Shown: positions 14,802 to 23,025, counted from the stretch's first letter. The stretch is DNA of 33,170 bases from Candidatus Woesearchaeota archaeon CG07_land_8_20_14_0_80_44_23 (GCA_002779235.1 PEXD01000077.1:1-33170); one strand, 5' to 3'. The notes: generated by a model not told the origin, from the sequence alone. Translations and numbers: made by a program.

Positions 14802-14943
14802 AAATTCGCGATTAAAAGCGAATTTTTAGTACAAAGAAATCTCTTGGAGATTTCTTGTCCAAGAAATGCGTAGCATTTCTTTGGATACAAAAAGGCGCTG
14901 TATCTCGCAACTAAAGAAATGAGTTTTAGCGCCTTTTTTGTAT
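14800..14943. repeat. Four head-to-tail hairpins filling the rpl4-rpl23 gap
   Basis: AAAAATTCGC (14800-09) / GCGAATTTTT (14818-27), 10 bp perfect. ACAAAGAAATCTC ttg GAGATTTCTTGT (14831-58). CCAAGAAATGC gta GCATTTCTTTGG (14859-84). ATACAAAAAGGCGC (14885-98) / GCGCCTTTTTTGTAT (14929-43). The last three each have a one-base bulge in the A/T run. Confidence 0.7.
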
Positions 14944-14959
14944 AAAAAAGGGAAACAAC

Positions 14960-15220
14960 ATGGAAACATCAAAAGTCATAAAATATCCGGTCTCGAATGA
15001 AAAGACCATAAAGATGATGGAATCAGAGAACAAGCTCATTTTTGTGGTAGACAGGGCTGCAAGGAAGGCAGATGTCAAGAAAGCGGTTGAGGAAGCATTC
15101 AAAGTGAAGGTTATAGACGTGAACTTCCTGAATGACATGAAGGGTAACAAGAAGGCCTATGTCAGGCTCAGCGGGGATACGCCTGCAATTGATATTGCAA
15201 CTCAGTTGGGAATGATGTGA
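14960..15220 (+). CDS. rpl23: 50S ribosomal protein uL23
   Basis: IKYPVSNEKTIKMMESENKLIFVVDRAARKADVKKAVEEAFKVKV pattern and operon position. Confidence 0.95.
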   Translation: METSKVIKYPVSNEKTIKMMESENKLIFVVDRAARKADVKKAVEEAFKVKVIDVNFLNDMKGNKKAYVRLSGDTPAIDIATQLGMM

Positions 15221-15928
15221 ATGGGAAAGAACCTTATCAGCCAGAAACGAGGAAAGGGCTCAGGAAGATACAAAGCGCCAAGCTTCAGGTATGCGGGAAG
15301 ATGCTGCTACAAAAACAGGGGGCCGACAAGCTACTTAATACTTGATATAATCCACAGCCAGGGGCACTATGCGCCGCTGATAAATGCCAGATATGCCGAC
15401 GGCACTGAAACGCTGCTTCCAGCTCCCGAGGGAGTCAGGAAGGGAGACATACTTTTTGTAGGAGGAACAGAGCTGAAGAACGGAAACATCATGCTGCTGA
15501 AGGATTTACCTGCTGGAACAGAGATATTCAATATAGAGATGGCCCCTGGAGACGGCGGAAAGCTGGTCAGGACAGCAGGCGGGGCTGCAAGGGTTCTCGG
15601 AAAGCTCGGCAGCAAGGTTACGATACAGCTGCCCTCAAAGAGAGAAAAGGTTCTCGATGAGAAGTGCATGGCAACAGTGGGAATTGTTGCAGGGGCTGGA
15701 AAGAATTCAAAGCCATTCCTTAAAGCAGGAATAAGGCATTTCAAAATGTTCGCAAAGAACAAGAGATACCCAAGGATACATGGCATCTCAATGAATGCTG
15801 TGCAGCACCCCTTCGGAGGCTCAAGCTCGCACCACAAGGGCATACCTACAATTGCACCCAAGAATGCTCCGCCCGGAAGGAAGGTCGGAAAGATAAGGCC
15901 CTCAAGGACGGGATGGAAGAGAAAGTAA
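15221..15928 (+). CDS. rpl2: 50S ribosomal protein uL2
   Basis: GGRNxxG-type core. C-terminal MNAVQHPFGGSSSHHKG motif. Confidence 0.97.
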   Translation: MGKNLISQKRGKGSGRYKAPSFRYAGRCCYKNRGPTSYLILDIIHSQGHYAPLINARYADGTETLLPAPEGVRKGDILFVGGTELKNGNIMLLKDLPAGTEIFNIEMAPGDGGKLVRTAGGAARVLGKLGSKVTIQLPSKREKVLDEKCMATVGIVAGAGKNSKPFLKAGIRHFKMFAKNKRYPRIHGISMNAVQHPFGGSSSHHKGIPTIAPKNAPPGRKVGKIRPSRTGWKRK

Positions 15929-15965
15929 ATTTTACAATAACAAAAAAAATCAAGGTAACGGAAAA

Positions 15966-16349
15966 ATGGTCAAGAAAGAATTTACCTACAGGGGAAAGAC
16001 ATTGAACGAACTCAAGAATATGAGCCTTGAAGAGCTGATGATTCTCCTTCCTGCGAGGGAGAGGAGAAAGATAAGGAAGGGCTTCACTGAGCAGGAGAAG
16101 AAGTTCCTTAATAAGATTTCCAAGGGAAAGATGAGGATAAAAACCCAGTGCAGGGACATGATAATCCTCCCTGGCATGGTGGGGCTCACAATCGGAATCC
16201 ATAATGGGAAGCAGTTCGTAGATACGCTGATAGTGCCCGAGATGATAGGGCACAGGCTTGGCGAGCTGTCCATGACAAGGAAGAGGGTCATGCACCACGC
16301 GCCGGGAATCGGTGCCACAAAGTCAAGCGCAGCCCTCTCAGTGAGATAA
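15966..16349 (+). CDS. rps19: 30S ribosomal protein uS19
   Basis: GLTIGIHNGKQFVDTLIVPEMIGHRLGELSMTRK motif. Confidence 0.95.
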   Translation: MVKKEFTYRGKTLNELKNMSLEELMILLPARERRKIRKGFTEQEKKFLNKISKGKMRIKTQCRDMIILPGMVGLTIGIHNGKQFVDTLIVPEMIGHRLGELSMTRKRVMHHAPGIGATKSSAALSVR

Positions 16350-16362
16350 AGAGGAATATAAG

Positions 16363-16833
16363 ATGAACTACTCATTCAAGCTATATAACAAGGAGCACAT
16401 GGCAAGGACATATGGCGCCTCGCTGAAGATATCCACAAAATATGCTGTGGAAGTCGCAAGAATGATACGGGGAAAGAGCCTCGCCAGGGCAAAGGCGATG
16501 CTCTCGGCAGTCATCTCAAAGGAAAAGGCAGTGCCATTCAAGAGAAGGCACGGAGACATGGCGCACCAAAAAGAAATTGGTGTGGGAAGGTTTCCGGTGA
16601 AGTGCAGCAGGGAAATCCTTTCACTGCTTGAGGGCGCAGAGAAGAACGCCCAGTTCCTCGGGCTTGACACATCCAGCCTCATAGTGAAGAGCATTGTCGC
16701 AAGCAAGGCGGCAGCGGTCCACAGGTATGGAAGGAAAAGGGGAAGGACCGGCAAAAGCACTCATGTTGAAATTGTCTTAGAAGAGACCAAGAAGCCAGAA
16801 AACAAGAAGGAAAAAAAGCCCGAGAAGAAGTAA
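16363..16833 (+). CDS. rpl22: 50S ribosomal protein uL22 (with K/E-rich C-terminal tail)
   Basis: ARTYGASLKISTKYAVEVARMIRGKSLARA pattern and operon position. Confidence 0.93.
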   Translation: MNYSFKLYNKEHMARTYGASLKISTKYAVEVARMIRGKSLARAKAMLSAVISKEKAVPFKRRHGDMAHQKEIGVGRFPVKCSREILSLLEGAEKNAQFLGLDTSSLIVKSIVASKAAAVHRYGRKRGRTGKSTHVEIVLEETKKPENKKEKKPEKK

Positions 16834-16965
16834 CAAAAATCGCCTGCTCGGAGCTTTAGAGCCCTTGCTTTATCGGCGATTTTTGAACATGAAAATCAAA
16901 GATTTTCAGTTCAAGAAATCATTTGATTTCTTTGAACTTCAAAAAGCTTTCGGCTTATTTGAAGT
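16834..16965. repeat. Four tandem hairpins filling the rpl22-rps3 gap
   Basis: CAAAAATCGCC (16834-44) / GGCGATTTTTG (16875-85), 11 bp perfect. GAAAATC aaa GATTTTC (16891-16907). TCAAGAAATCA tt TGATTTCTTTGA (16911-35, bulged). ACTTCAAA-AAGC tttcg GCTT-a-TTTGAAGT (16936-65). Confidence 0.7.
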
Positions 16966-16989
16966 GAATAATTTTTAGAGGGAAAAATA

Positions 16990-17733
16990 ATGATTGAAAA
17001 AAATTTTGTGGCCCAGAACGTAAAGGAATTCGAGATAGAGGAATTCGTGGAGAAAAACCTCACAAGGGCCGGCATCAGCGGGATAAAGGTCCAGAGGACC
17101 CCGCTAGGGGAAAAAATTGTCATATTCACATCAAGGCCCGGGCTCGTGGTGGGAAGGAACGGTGAAAGCATAAGAAAGCTGACAAAGAGCCTCAAGAAAA
17201 AGTTCCAACTTGAGAATCCCCAGATAGAAATAAGCGAAGTCCCCGATGTCAATCTTGACCCGAGGATTGTGGCGGAAAGGATTGCCACCTCTCTTGAAAG
17301 ATTCGGAGTGAACAGGTTCAAGGGCATCATGCACAAGGCAATGGAGGACGTAATGGGTGCTGGAGCAATGGGAATAGAAATTGTGGTCTCTGGAAAAATT
17401 CCGGGCAGCAGAGCAAAATCGTGGAGAGTATACGACGGATACCTGAAAAAGTGCGGAAACATCGCGCTGGAAGAGGTAAAGAAGGCCAAGAACAGCGCCG
17501 AGCTGAAGACAGGCACTGTTGGAATAAAGGTGAGCATAATGCCCCCCGGCGTGGTGCTTCCTGACAACATGAAGGTCATCGAGGAGATAAAGGAGCAGAC
17601 ATCCTCTAAGGAGCCGGCTTCAGAAGAAATGAAGGTTGCTGAAAAGCCGGAAGAGAAGAATGATGAAAAAAAGAAGAGTGCTCCCAAAAAATCCTTCAAG
17701 AAAAAGAAGGGCTCCGAAGAGAAAAGGGAGTGA
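16990..17733 (+). CDS. rps3: 30S ribosomal protein uS3 (KH domain; long K/E-rich C-terminal tail)
   Basis: KH-type core (IEISEVPDVNLDPRIVAERIATSLE, GIEIVVSGKI) and operon position. Confidence 0.95.
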   Translation: MIEKNFVAQNVKEFEIEEFVEKNLTRAGISGIKVQRTPLGEKIVIFTSRPGLVVGRNGESIRKLTKSLKKKFQLENPQIEISEVPDVNLDPRIVAERIATSLERFGVNRFKGIMHKAMEDVMGAGAMGIEIVVSGKIPGSRAKSWRVYDGYLKKCGNIALEEVKKAKNSAELKTGTVGIKVSIMPPGVVLPDNMKVIEEIKEQTSSKEPASEEMKVAEKPEEKNDEKKKSAPKKSFKKKKGSEEKRE

Positions 17734-17765
17734 AGAGGCAATCATCAATCATGATTAACTAAAAA

Positions 17766-17987
17766 ATGGCGCTCAAAACAAAGGATATCAGGGAAATGGG
17801 AAAGGAAGAGCTTTTATCAAAGATTGTTGAGCTCAGAAAGGAGCTTGTAAAGCTCAATGCGCAGGTCCATACCGGGACTGTGCCGAAAAACGCCGGGCAG
17901 CTCAAGCTCATCAAGAAGACAATAGCAAAGATACTCACTATAATGAATGAAAAGAAGAAAGGCAAGGAGGAAAGCAAAAAAGAATGA
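17766..17987 (+). CDS. rpl29: 50S ribosomal protein uL29
   Basis: [24 protein letters not shown] pattern. Confidence 0.9.
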   Translation: MALKTKDIREMGKEELLSKIVELRKELVKLNAQVHTGTVPKNAGQLKLIKKTIAKILTIMNEKKKGKEESKKE

Positions 17988-18289
17988 ATATTTGCCCAAA
18001 ATGCGGTCTGCCTAAAGAGCTCTGCGTCTGCGAGACAATAGCAAAGGAGACGCAGAGGATAAAGGTATACCTTGAGAACAAAAAGTTCGGAAAGAATTAC
18101 ACCATTATAAGCGGCATAGATAACAAGGAGATTGACACCAAAAAACTTATGAAGACGCTCAAGTCGGAACTCGCCTGCGGCGGAACTGACAAAGAGGGCA
18201 GGATTGAGCTTCAGGGCGACCACAGGCACAAGGTCAAAGAAGTGCTGATAAGGTTCGGCTTCCCGCAAAACATGATAGAGGTTAAGTGA
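17984..18289 (+). CDS. sui1: Translation initiation factor aSUI1 (eIF1 homolog)
   Basis: N-terminal CPKCG..CVC knuckle. SUI1 core ([30 protein letters not shown]). ATGA overlap with the rpl29 stop. Canonical archaeal position. Confidence 0.9.
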   Translation: MNICPKCGLPKELCVCETIAKETQRIKVYLENKKFGKNYTIISGIDNKEIDTKKLMKTLKSELACGGTDKEGRIELQGDHRHKVKEVLIRFGFPQNMIEVK

Positions 18290-18549
18290 TGGATGCAATG
18301 CGCGCCGAGCTCATCGGCAGGCAGGCAAAAGTCATTGATGCCAAAAACAAGTCGCTGATAGGCATCTCGGGAAAAATATCCGATGAAACCAAAAATATGC
18401 TCTTCATAAAGAATGCTAATAATGTAAAATCGCTGATAAAGGGCGAATGCACGCTGTCTGTGGAAATTGACGGCAAGGAATTCATCATTAATGGAATAAA
18501 AATAGCAAAGCGGCCCGAGGACAGGGTCGGAATGAAAATCCAGGAATGA
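18289..18549 (+). CDS. rnp1: RNase P protein component 1 (Rpp29/Pop4)
   Basis: ELIGRQAKVIDAKNKSLIGISGKISDETKNMLFI...RPEDR pattern. TGATG overlap with the sui1 stop. An in-frame GTG at 18286 is an alternative start. Confidence 0.85.
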   Translation: MDAMRAELIGRQAKVIDAKNKSLIGISGKISDETKNMLFIKNANNVKSLIKGECTLSVEIDGKEFIINGIKIAKRPEDRVGMKIQE

Positions 18550-18557
18550 AGAAGTGA

Positions 18558-18983
18558 ATGGTTATGGAAAAGAAAAACAAGAACATCGGGCTTGGCGTCA
18601 GGGCGCCTGAAAAGACATGCAAGGATAGGAACTGCCCGTTCCACGGGACAATAAAGACCCACGGCAGGATATTCACTGGAATCGTAATAAGCAGCAAGGC
18701 GCAGAAGACCGTAACTGTAAAGATAAAGAGGCTAAAATACTTCAACAAGTATGAGAGGTATGGGAAGAAGAGGACCATAATCCACGCCCATAATCCTGAA
18801 TGCATTGACGCCAAGAAGGGCGATGTCGTGAAGATCATGGAGACGAGGCCCATCAGCAAGATAAAGAACTTCGTAGTCATAGAAAGGGTCGGCCACCAGG
18901 AAGTGAAAGAGGAAAGCTACGAAGCGGTCGAGAAGGAGATGAAGGCTGAAAAAGAGCCGGCAAAGGAAGAAAAGGGCAGGTAA
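18558..18983 (+). CDS. rps17: 30S ribosomal protein uS17 (acidic/lysine C-terminal tail)
   Basis: CPFHGTIKTHGRIFTGIVISSKAQKTVTV...HAHNPECIDAKKGDVVKIMETRPISK. Confidence 0.93.
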   Translation: MVMEKKNKNIGLGVRAPEKTCKDRNCPFHGTIKTHGRIFTGIVISSKAQKTVTVKIKRLKYFNKYERYGKKRTIIHAHNPECIDAKKGDVVKIMETRPISKIKNFVVIERVGHQEVKEESYEAVEKEMKAEKEPAKEEKGR

Positions 18984-18985
18984 AA

Positions 18986-19387
18986 ATGCAGGCGGTAAAA
19001 GCACGATTGACAAGGTCACTGAACTTTATGTCGCATGTTCCGGTCTGCGACAACTCCGGGGCAAAAATTATCCACATAATAAGCGTGATTGGCGCAAAGA
19101 CAGTTGCTGGAAGGCTATCTGAAGCAGCCATAGGAGACCTTGTGCTTGCATCAATCAAAAAAGGAAAGCCGGAAATGAGAAAGCAGGTTGTATACGCGAT
19201 AATTGTAAGGCAGAAAAGGCCCTTCAGAAGGGCGAACGGCGAGCGCATACAATTTGAGGACAACGCTGCAGTTGTGCTGAAGGACGAGAAGGGAAACCCC
19301 AAGGGGACAATCTTCAAGGGCGCAATTGCAAAGGAGGTCTGCGAGAGATGGCCCTCAGTCGCAAAGATAGCCAGCATAATCGTTTGA
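18986..19387 (+). CDS. rpl14: 50S ribosomal protein uL14
   Basis: VCDNSGAK...IVRQKRPFRRANGERIQFEDNAAV pattern. Confidence 0.97.
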   Translation: MQAVKARLTRSLNFMSHVPVCDNSGAKIIHIISVIGAKTVAGRLSEAAIGDLVLASIKKGKPEMRKQVVYAIIVRQKRPFRRANGERIQFEDNAAVVLKDEKGNPKGTIFKGAIAKEVCERWPSVAKIASIIV

Positions 19388-19412
19388 TAATAATAAAGAA
19401 AAGGAATGGCAA

Positions 19413-19787
19413 ATGAAAACATTTTCATCTAAATGGAAAGGAAGCAGGCAGCCGAGGAAGCAGAGGAAATACCTGCACAATGCTCCTCTCAGCATAAAGA
19501 GAAGGATGGTATCAGCCCACCTTTCAGCCGAGCTTCGCAAGAGGTATGGCAAAAGGAATATTGCAATAAGAAAGGGCGACAAGGTCAAGGTAATGCGCGG
19601 AAGCATCAGGGGCAAGACCGGCACAATAGAATCCATTGACCTGAGAAAAATGAGCGTCCACGTTTCAGGCACGGACTTTACAAAGAGGGATGGAACAAAG
19701 GCAAGGGTTTCAATGGACGCCTCAAACCTTGTTGTAACCGAGCTGAACCTCAATGACAAGAAAAGAAAAGTAACAAAAAATTTGTAG
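19413..19787 (+). CDS. rpl24: 50S ribosomal protein uL24 (KOW)
   Basis: IRKGDKVKVMRGSIRGKTGTIESID KOW motif and operon position. Confidence 0.93.
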   Translation: MKTFSSKWKGSRQPRKQRKYLHNAPLSIKRRMVSAHLSAELRKRYGKRNIAIRKGDKVKVMRGSIRGKTGTIESIDLRKMSVHVSGTDFTKRDGTKARVSMDASNLVVTELNLNDKKRKVTKNL

Positions 19788-19834
19788 ACAAATTTTTGGA
19801 ACAAGAAATTGCGCATTAAACGCAATTTCTTTGT
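19774..19834. repeat. Two hairpins at and after the rpl24 stop
   Basis: AAAATTTG taga CAAATTTT spans the TAG stop (about 19777-19796). ACAAGAAATTGCG cattaaa CGCAATTTCTTTGT (19801-19834) is 13 bp with one bulged T and belongs to the same family as 14859-84. Confidence 0.6.
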
Positions 19835-19852
19835 AACAGAGGGAAAGAAAAA

Positions 19853-20563
19853 ATGAGCAAACACCTCAAAAGAATCACAATGCCCACTACCTGGCCCATG
19901 CAGAGGAAGGGCTCGAAGTTCGTAACAAAGCCCAATCCGGGGCCGCACTCCCTCAAATATGGATTATCGCTGGGCTCATTGCTGAAGGAAATCCTGGGAT
20001 ACGCTGAGAATTCGGTTGAGATAAAGCACATCCTTAACCAGGGGCTGGTAACTGTCGACGGAAAGAAAAGGGCAGACCCAAAGTTCCCTGTCGGGCTTAT
20101 GGATGTGATAAAGAATGAGAAAACCGGTGAGGGATACAGGGTGCTGCTCAACACAAAGGCAAAGCTCTGCCTTGTCCCGATACCAAAGGATGAGTTTTCA
20201 GTGAAGCCGTGCAAGATAGCCAGGAAGACAATGATTTCAGGCAAGAAGCTGCAGGTTACGCTCCATGACGGAAGGAACCTGCTCGCAGACAGCGCGGAAT
20301 ACAAAGTGGGCGACACAATAATAATTCACCTTCCCGACGGCGAACCGAAGGGGCACTTCAGGCTCGGCAGGGGCGCGTTCGCAATAATCATCAATGGAAA
20401 GCATACCGGCGAGTACGGCGTGATAGAAGAAATCATCGGAAAGGAATCAATAGAGAAGACCAGAATAATGCTAAAGACAAAGGACGGGGAGTTTGAGACC
20501 CTTACAGAATACGCATTCGTCATAGGCGAGGGAAAGCCCGCCATCACAATGAAGGAGAACTGA
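19853..20563 (+). CDS. rps4e: 30S ribosomal protein eS4
   Basis: KHLKRITMPTTWPMQRKGSKFVTKPNPGPH N-terminus typical of S4e. Confidence 0.95.
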   Translation: MSKHLKRITMPTTWPMQRKGSKFVTKPNPGPHSLKYGLSLGSLLKEILGYAENSVEIKHILNQGLVTVDGKKRADPKFPVGLMDVIKNEKTGEGYRVLLNTKAKLCLVPIPKDEFSVKPCKIARKTMISGKKLQVTLHDGRNLLADSAEYKVGDTIIIHLPDGEPKGHFRLGRGAFAIIINGKHTGEYGVIEEIIGKESIEKTRIMLKTKDGEFETLTEYAFVIGEGKPAITMKEN

Positions 20564-20589
20564 ACTTATAGCAATTCAAATCAATCAAA

Positions 20590-21114
20590 GTGGAAGAAAT
20601 GAAACAGGAAAATGCCATGAGAAATATAGGAGTCGAGAAGGTTACCCTTAACATAGGGGCGGGGAAAAATCCGGAGCGCCTGGACAAGGGAGTCAAGCTC
20701 ATAGCAGCCATAACAGGCAGGAAGCCGATAAAGACAATAACCAACAAAAGGATTCCCGCATGGGGGCTCAGGCCCGGGCTGCCGATAGGGTGCAAGGTCA
20801 CGCTCAGGAATAAGGATGCTGATGAGATACTGAAGAGGCTGCTGGAAGGTGCCGAAAGGAATCTCAAGAACAGCCAGTTCGACAATGAGGGCAACATCTC
20901 ATTCGGCATACCGGAATACATCAATGTGCCGGGAGCCAAGTACGACCCTGAAATAGGCATGATGGGCTTTCAGGTCTGCATAACCCTTGAGAGAAAGGGA
21001 TTTAGGATAAAGAGGAGAAAGCTCATCAGGAAGAAGGTTGCAAAGAATCACAAGATAACAAAGGCAGAGGCCATAGATTTCATGAAAGAGAGGTATAAGA
21101 TAGCGGTCGAATGA
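20590..21114 (+). CDS. rpl5: 50S ribosomal protein uL5
   Basis: [11 protein letters not shown]...[18 protein letters not shown] pattern. GTG start in the ORF track; ATG at 20599 is an alternative. Confidence 0.95.
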   Translation: MEEMKQENAMRNIGVEKVTLNIGAGKNPERLDKGVKLIAAITGRKPIKTITNKRIPAWGLRPGLPIGCKVTLRNKDADEILKRLLEGAERNLKNSQFDNEGNISFGIPEYINVPGAKYDPEIGMMGFQVCITLERKGFRIKRRKLIRKKVAKNHKITKAEAIDFMKERYKIAVE

Positions 21115-21130
21115 TTCCGGAGGAATAATA

Positions 21131-21361
21131 ATGACAGTCTCTTATTATAAAAAAATATTGAAGCAGCTCAGGGCGAAGCCGGTTAAGAAGGCAAGGTTCC
21201 TTAAGATGAGCGCTCCAAAAAAGAGGGCCCACGGAATGGCCACTGCAAGGTGCGAGAGGTGCGGAAGGACAGGAGGGCACATAAGCAAGTACGGGCTTAA
21301 CCTGTGCAGGCACTGCTTCAGGGAAATAGCGACAAAGATAGGCTTCAAGAAATTTGACTAA
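21131..21361 (+). CDS. rps14: 30S ribosomal protein uS14 (zinc type) with a basic N-terminal extension of about 25 aa
   Basis: [36 protein letters not shown] core. GGAGG lies 8 nt upstream of ATG 21131 and supports the long form. The internal ATG at 21206 has no SD. Confidence 0.9.
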   Translation: MTVSYYKKILKQLRAKPVKKARFLKMSAPKKRAHGMATARCERCGRTGGHISKYGLNLCRHCFREIATKIGFKKFD

Positions 21362-21372
21362 GGTGGAAAAAA

Positions 21373-21762
21373 ATGCTGAATGATACTGTAGCCAACCTGC
21401 TGGACAAGATGTACAGCTTCGAAAAGGCAGGGAAGAAAAAGTGCACGGTCAGGCCCTTCTCAAAGGTAGGAAAGAGGGTGCTTGAGATACTCCATGAAAA
21501 CCTCTACATCGGCGACTTTGAGGAAGGAGAGGATGAGAGGGGCAGGTATGTGACAGTGAACTTAATAGGCAGCATAAATGAGTGCAGGGCGATAAAGCCC
21601 AGGTTCGCAGTATCAATGGAGACATATGACAAGTTTGAGAAGAGATTCCTGCCTGCAAGCGACTTCGGAATACTCATCATATCCACAAACAGGGGCATAA
21701 AGAGCCATAGCACTGCGAAAAAGGAAAAGCTCGGCGGAAAGCTGATTGCATACTGCTACTAA
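21373..21762 (+). CDS. rps8: 30S ribosomal protein uS8
   Basis: DTVANLLDKM...GILIISTNRGIKSH...GGKLIAYCY pattern. Confidence 0.93.
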   Translation: MLNDTVANLLDKMYSFEKAGKKKCTVRPFSKVGKRVLEILHENLYIGDFEEGEDERGRYVTVNLIGSINECRAIKPRFAVSMETYDKFEKRFLPASDFGILIISTNRGIKSHSTAKKEKLGGKLIAYCY

Positions 21763-21795
21763 GTACTGCTATTAATTAAATCATAAAGAGAGAGC

Positions 21796-22389
21796 ATGAT
21801 GGCAAAAAAAGCAAATGAAAAAGAGGCCTCAAAGAAGGGCACAAGGGAGCTGCTGGAGGAAAAAATAGAGATACCTCCTGGAATAGAGGCAAATCTGGAA
21901 AACGGGATTATCACATTCAGGGGGCCCAAGGGCGAGTCGAGCAAGAACTTCTTTGACTCGAAGATTCCTGTGAAGAAGGAGGGGAATTCAATAGTCATAA
22001 GGGCGTCAAGGAGCACAAAGAGGGACAAGACAAAGGTTTACACCTTCCTGGCCCACTTAAAAAATATGATAAGGGGAGTCCAGGAGGGATATGTCTACAG
22101 GTTGAAGGTGTGCTCAAGCCATTTCCCCATAAAGGCCACTGTATCAGGGAATGATTTTTCAGTCAAGAATTTCCTCGGAGAGAGGAAGGCAAGGACTATG
22201 AAGATACCTGCCGGAGTGAAAGTGACTGTCGACGCAAGCACGATAACAGTTGAAGGGGCGGACAAGGAAATCACAAGCCAGACTGCTGCAAGGATGGAAC
22301 AGATATGCATCATAAAGAACAGGGACAGGAGAATATTCCAGGACGGCATCTACATAACAGAAAAGGCAGGGGAGAGCCTCCTCGAATAG
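21796..22389 (+). CDS. rpl6: 50S ribosomal protein uL6
   Basis: Two-repeat L6 pattern (ITFRGPKGE...; VTVDASTITVEGADKEITSQTAA) and operon position. Confidence 0.93.
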   Translation: MMAKKANEKEASKKGTRELLEEKIEIPPGIEANLENGIITFRGPKGESSKNFFDSKIPVKKEGNSIVIRASRSTKRDKTKVYTFLAHLKNMIRGVQEGYVYRLKVCSSHFPIKATVSGNDFSVKNFLGERKARTMKIPAGVKVTVDASTITVEGADKEITSQTAARMEQICIIKNRDRRIFQDGIYITEKAGESLLE

Positions 22390-22419
22390 AACTAAAATCA
22401 GGCATCAAGCTGACAAAAA

Positions 22420-23025
22420 ATGAAATCAGAAAAAAAGGAAAGCAATGGAAAGAAGGAATCCCACCTCAAGCTCAGGGAAAGCCAGAAAAGGAAGAGGCCG
22501 AGCTTCATAAGGCAGTGCGCCGGCAAGAGAAGAAGGGTAAGCCATGTATGGAGATACCCGACCGGCATACACTCAAAGCTCAGGCACCAGATGGCGGGGC
22601 ACATACCAATTGTCACAACTGGCTGGAGAACCCCAAAGGATGTAAGGGGAACGCACAACTCAGGGCTTGAAATGATAATGGTTGCCACTTTGAGCCAGCT
22701 TGAGAAAATCAAGAAGGAAACACAGGGCATAATCATCTCATCATCAACCGGCACAAAGAAGAGGCTGAGCATAATAGAAGAGGCAAAAAAGAGGGGAATC
22801 TCAGTCCTCAACCTCGACGCTGAAAAATACGCTGAGAAGGCAAGAAAGGAGCTCGAGGCAAGGGTTTCCAAGAACAAGAAAGCAGTTGAGGAAAGGAGAG
22901 AAAAGACAAAGAAGAGAGAAAAGCAGGAAGCCCCTAAAGAGGAGAAGAAGGAGGAAATCTCCCCTGAAGAGAAGAAAAAGGAAGAGATAAAGGAGATGGA
23001 AAAGGTCCTGACCTCAAAAGAGTAA
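22420..23025 (+). CDS. rpl32e: 50S ribosomal protein eL32 (with K/E-rich N- and C-terminal extensions)
   Basis: RKRPSFIRQCAGKRRRVSHVWRYPTGIHSKLR...GWRTPKDVRG core. Confidence 0.9.
   Translation: MKSEKKESNGKKESHLKLRESQKRKRPSFIRQCAGKRRRVSHVWRYPTGIHSKLRHQMAGHIPIVTTGWRTPKDVRGTHNSGLEMIMVATLSQLEKIKKETQGIIISSSTGTKKRLSIIEEAKKRGISVLNLDAEKYAEKARKELEARVSKNKKAVEERREKTKKREKQEAPKEEKKEEISPEEKKKEEIKEMEKVLTSKE

Noticed and set aside
14800-14943. Considered whether the hairpin clusters (also 27-198 and 16834-16965) are degenerate CRISPR arrays
   Set aside because: The units are different palindromes, not one direct repeat. There are no regularly sized unique spacers and no cas genes or leader. They sit inside a ribosomal operon.
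16911-17741. 276-aa minus-strand ORF antisense to rps3. Similar shadow ORFs occur at 14201-14890, 15367-15861, 15846-16298, 18877-19428, 19355-19948, 19816-20316 and 22398-22877.
   Set aside because: All lie fully inside confidently identified ribosomal protein genes. They have S/F/L-rich low-complexity translations typical of antisense frames of purine-rich genes.
22305-22670. 121-aa + strand ORF overlapping the end of rpl6 and the start of rpl32e in another frame
   Set aside because: It is out of frame with two confidently assigned genes, and its arginine/lysine-rich translation is a frame-shifted reading of the eL32 coding sequence.
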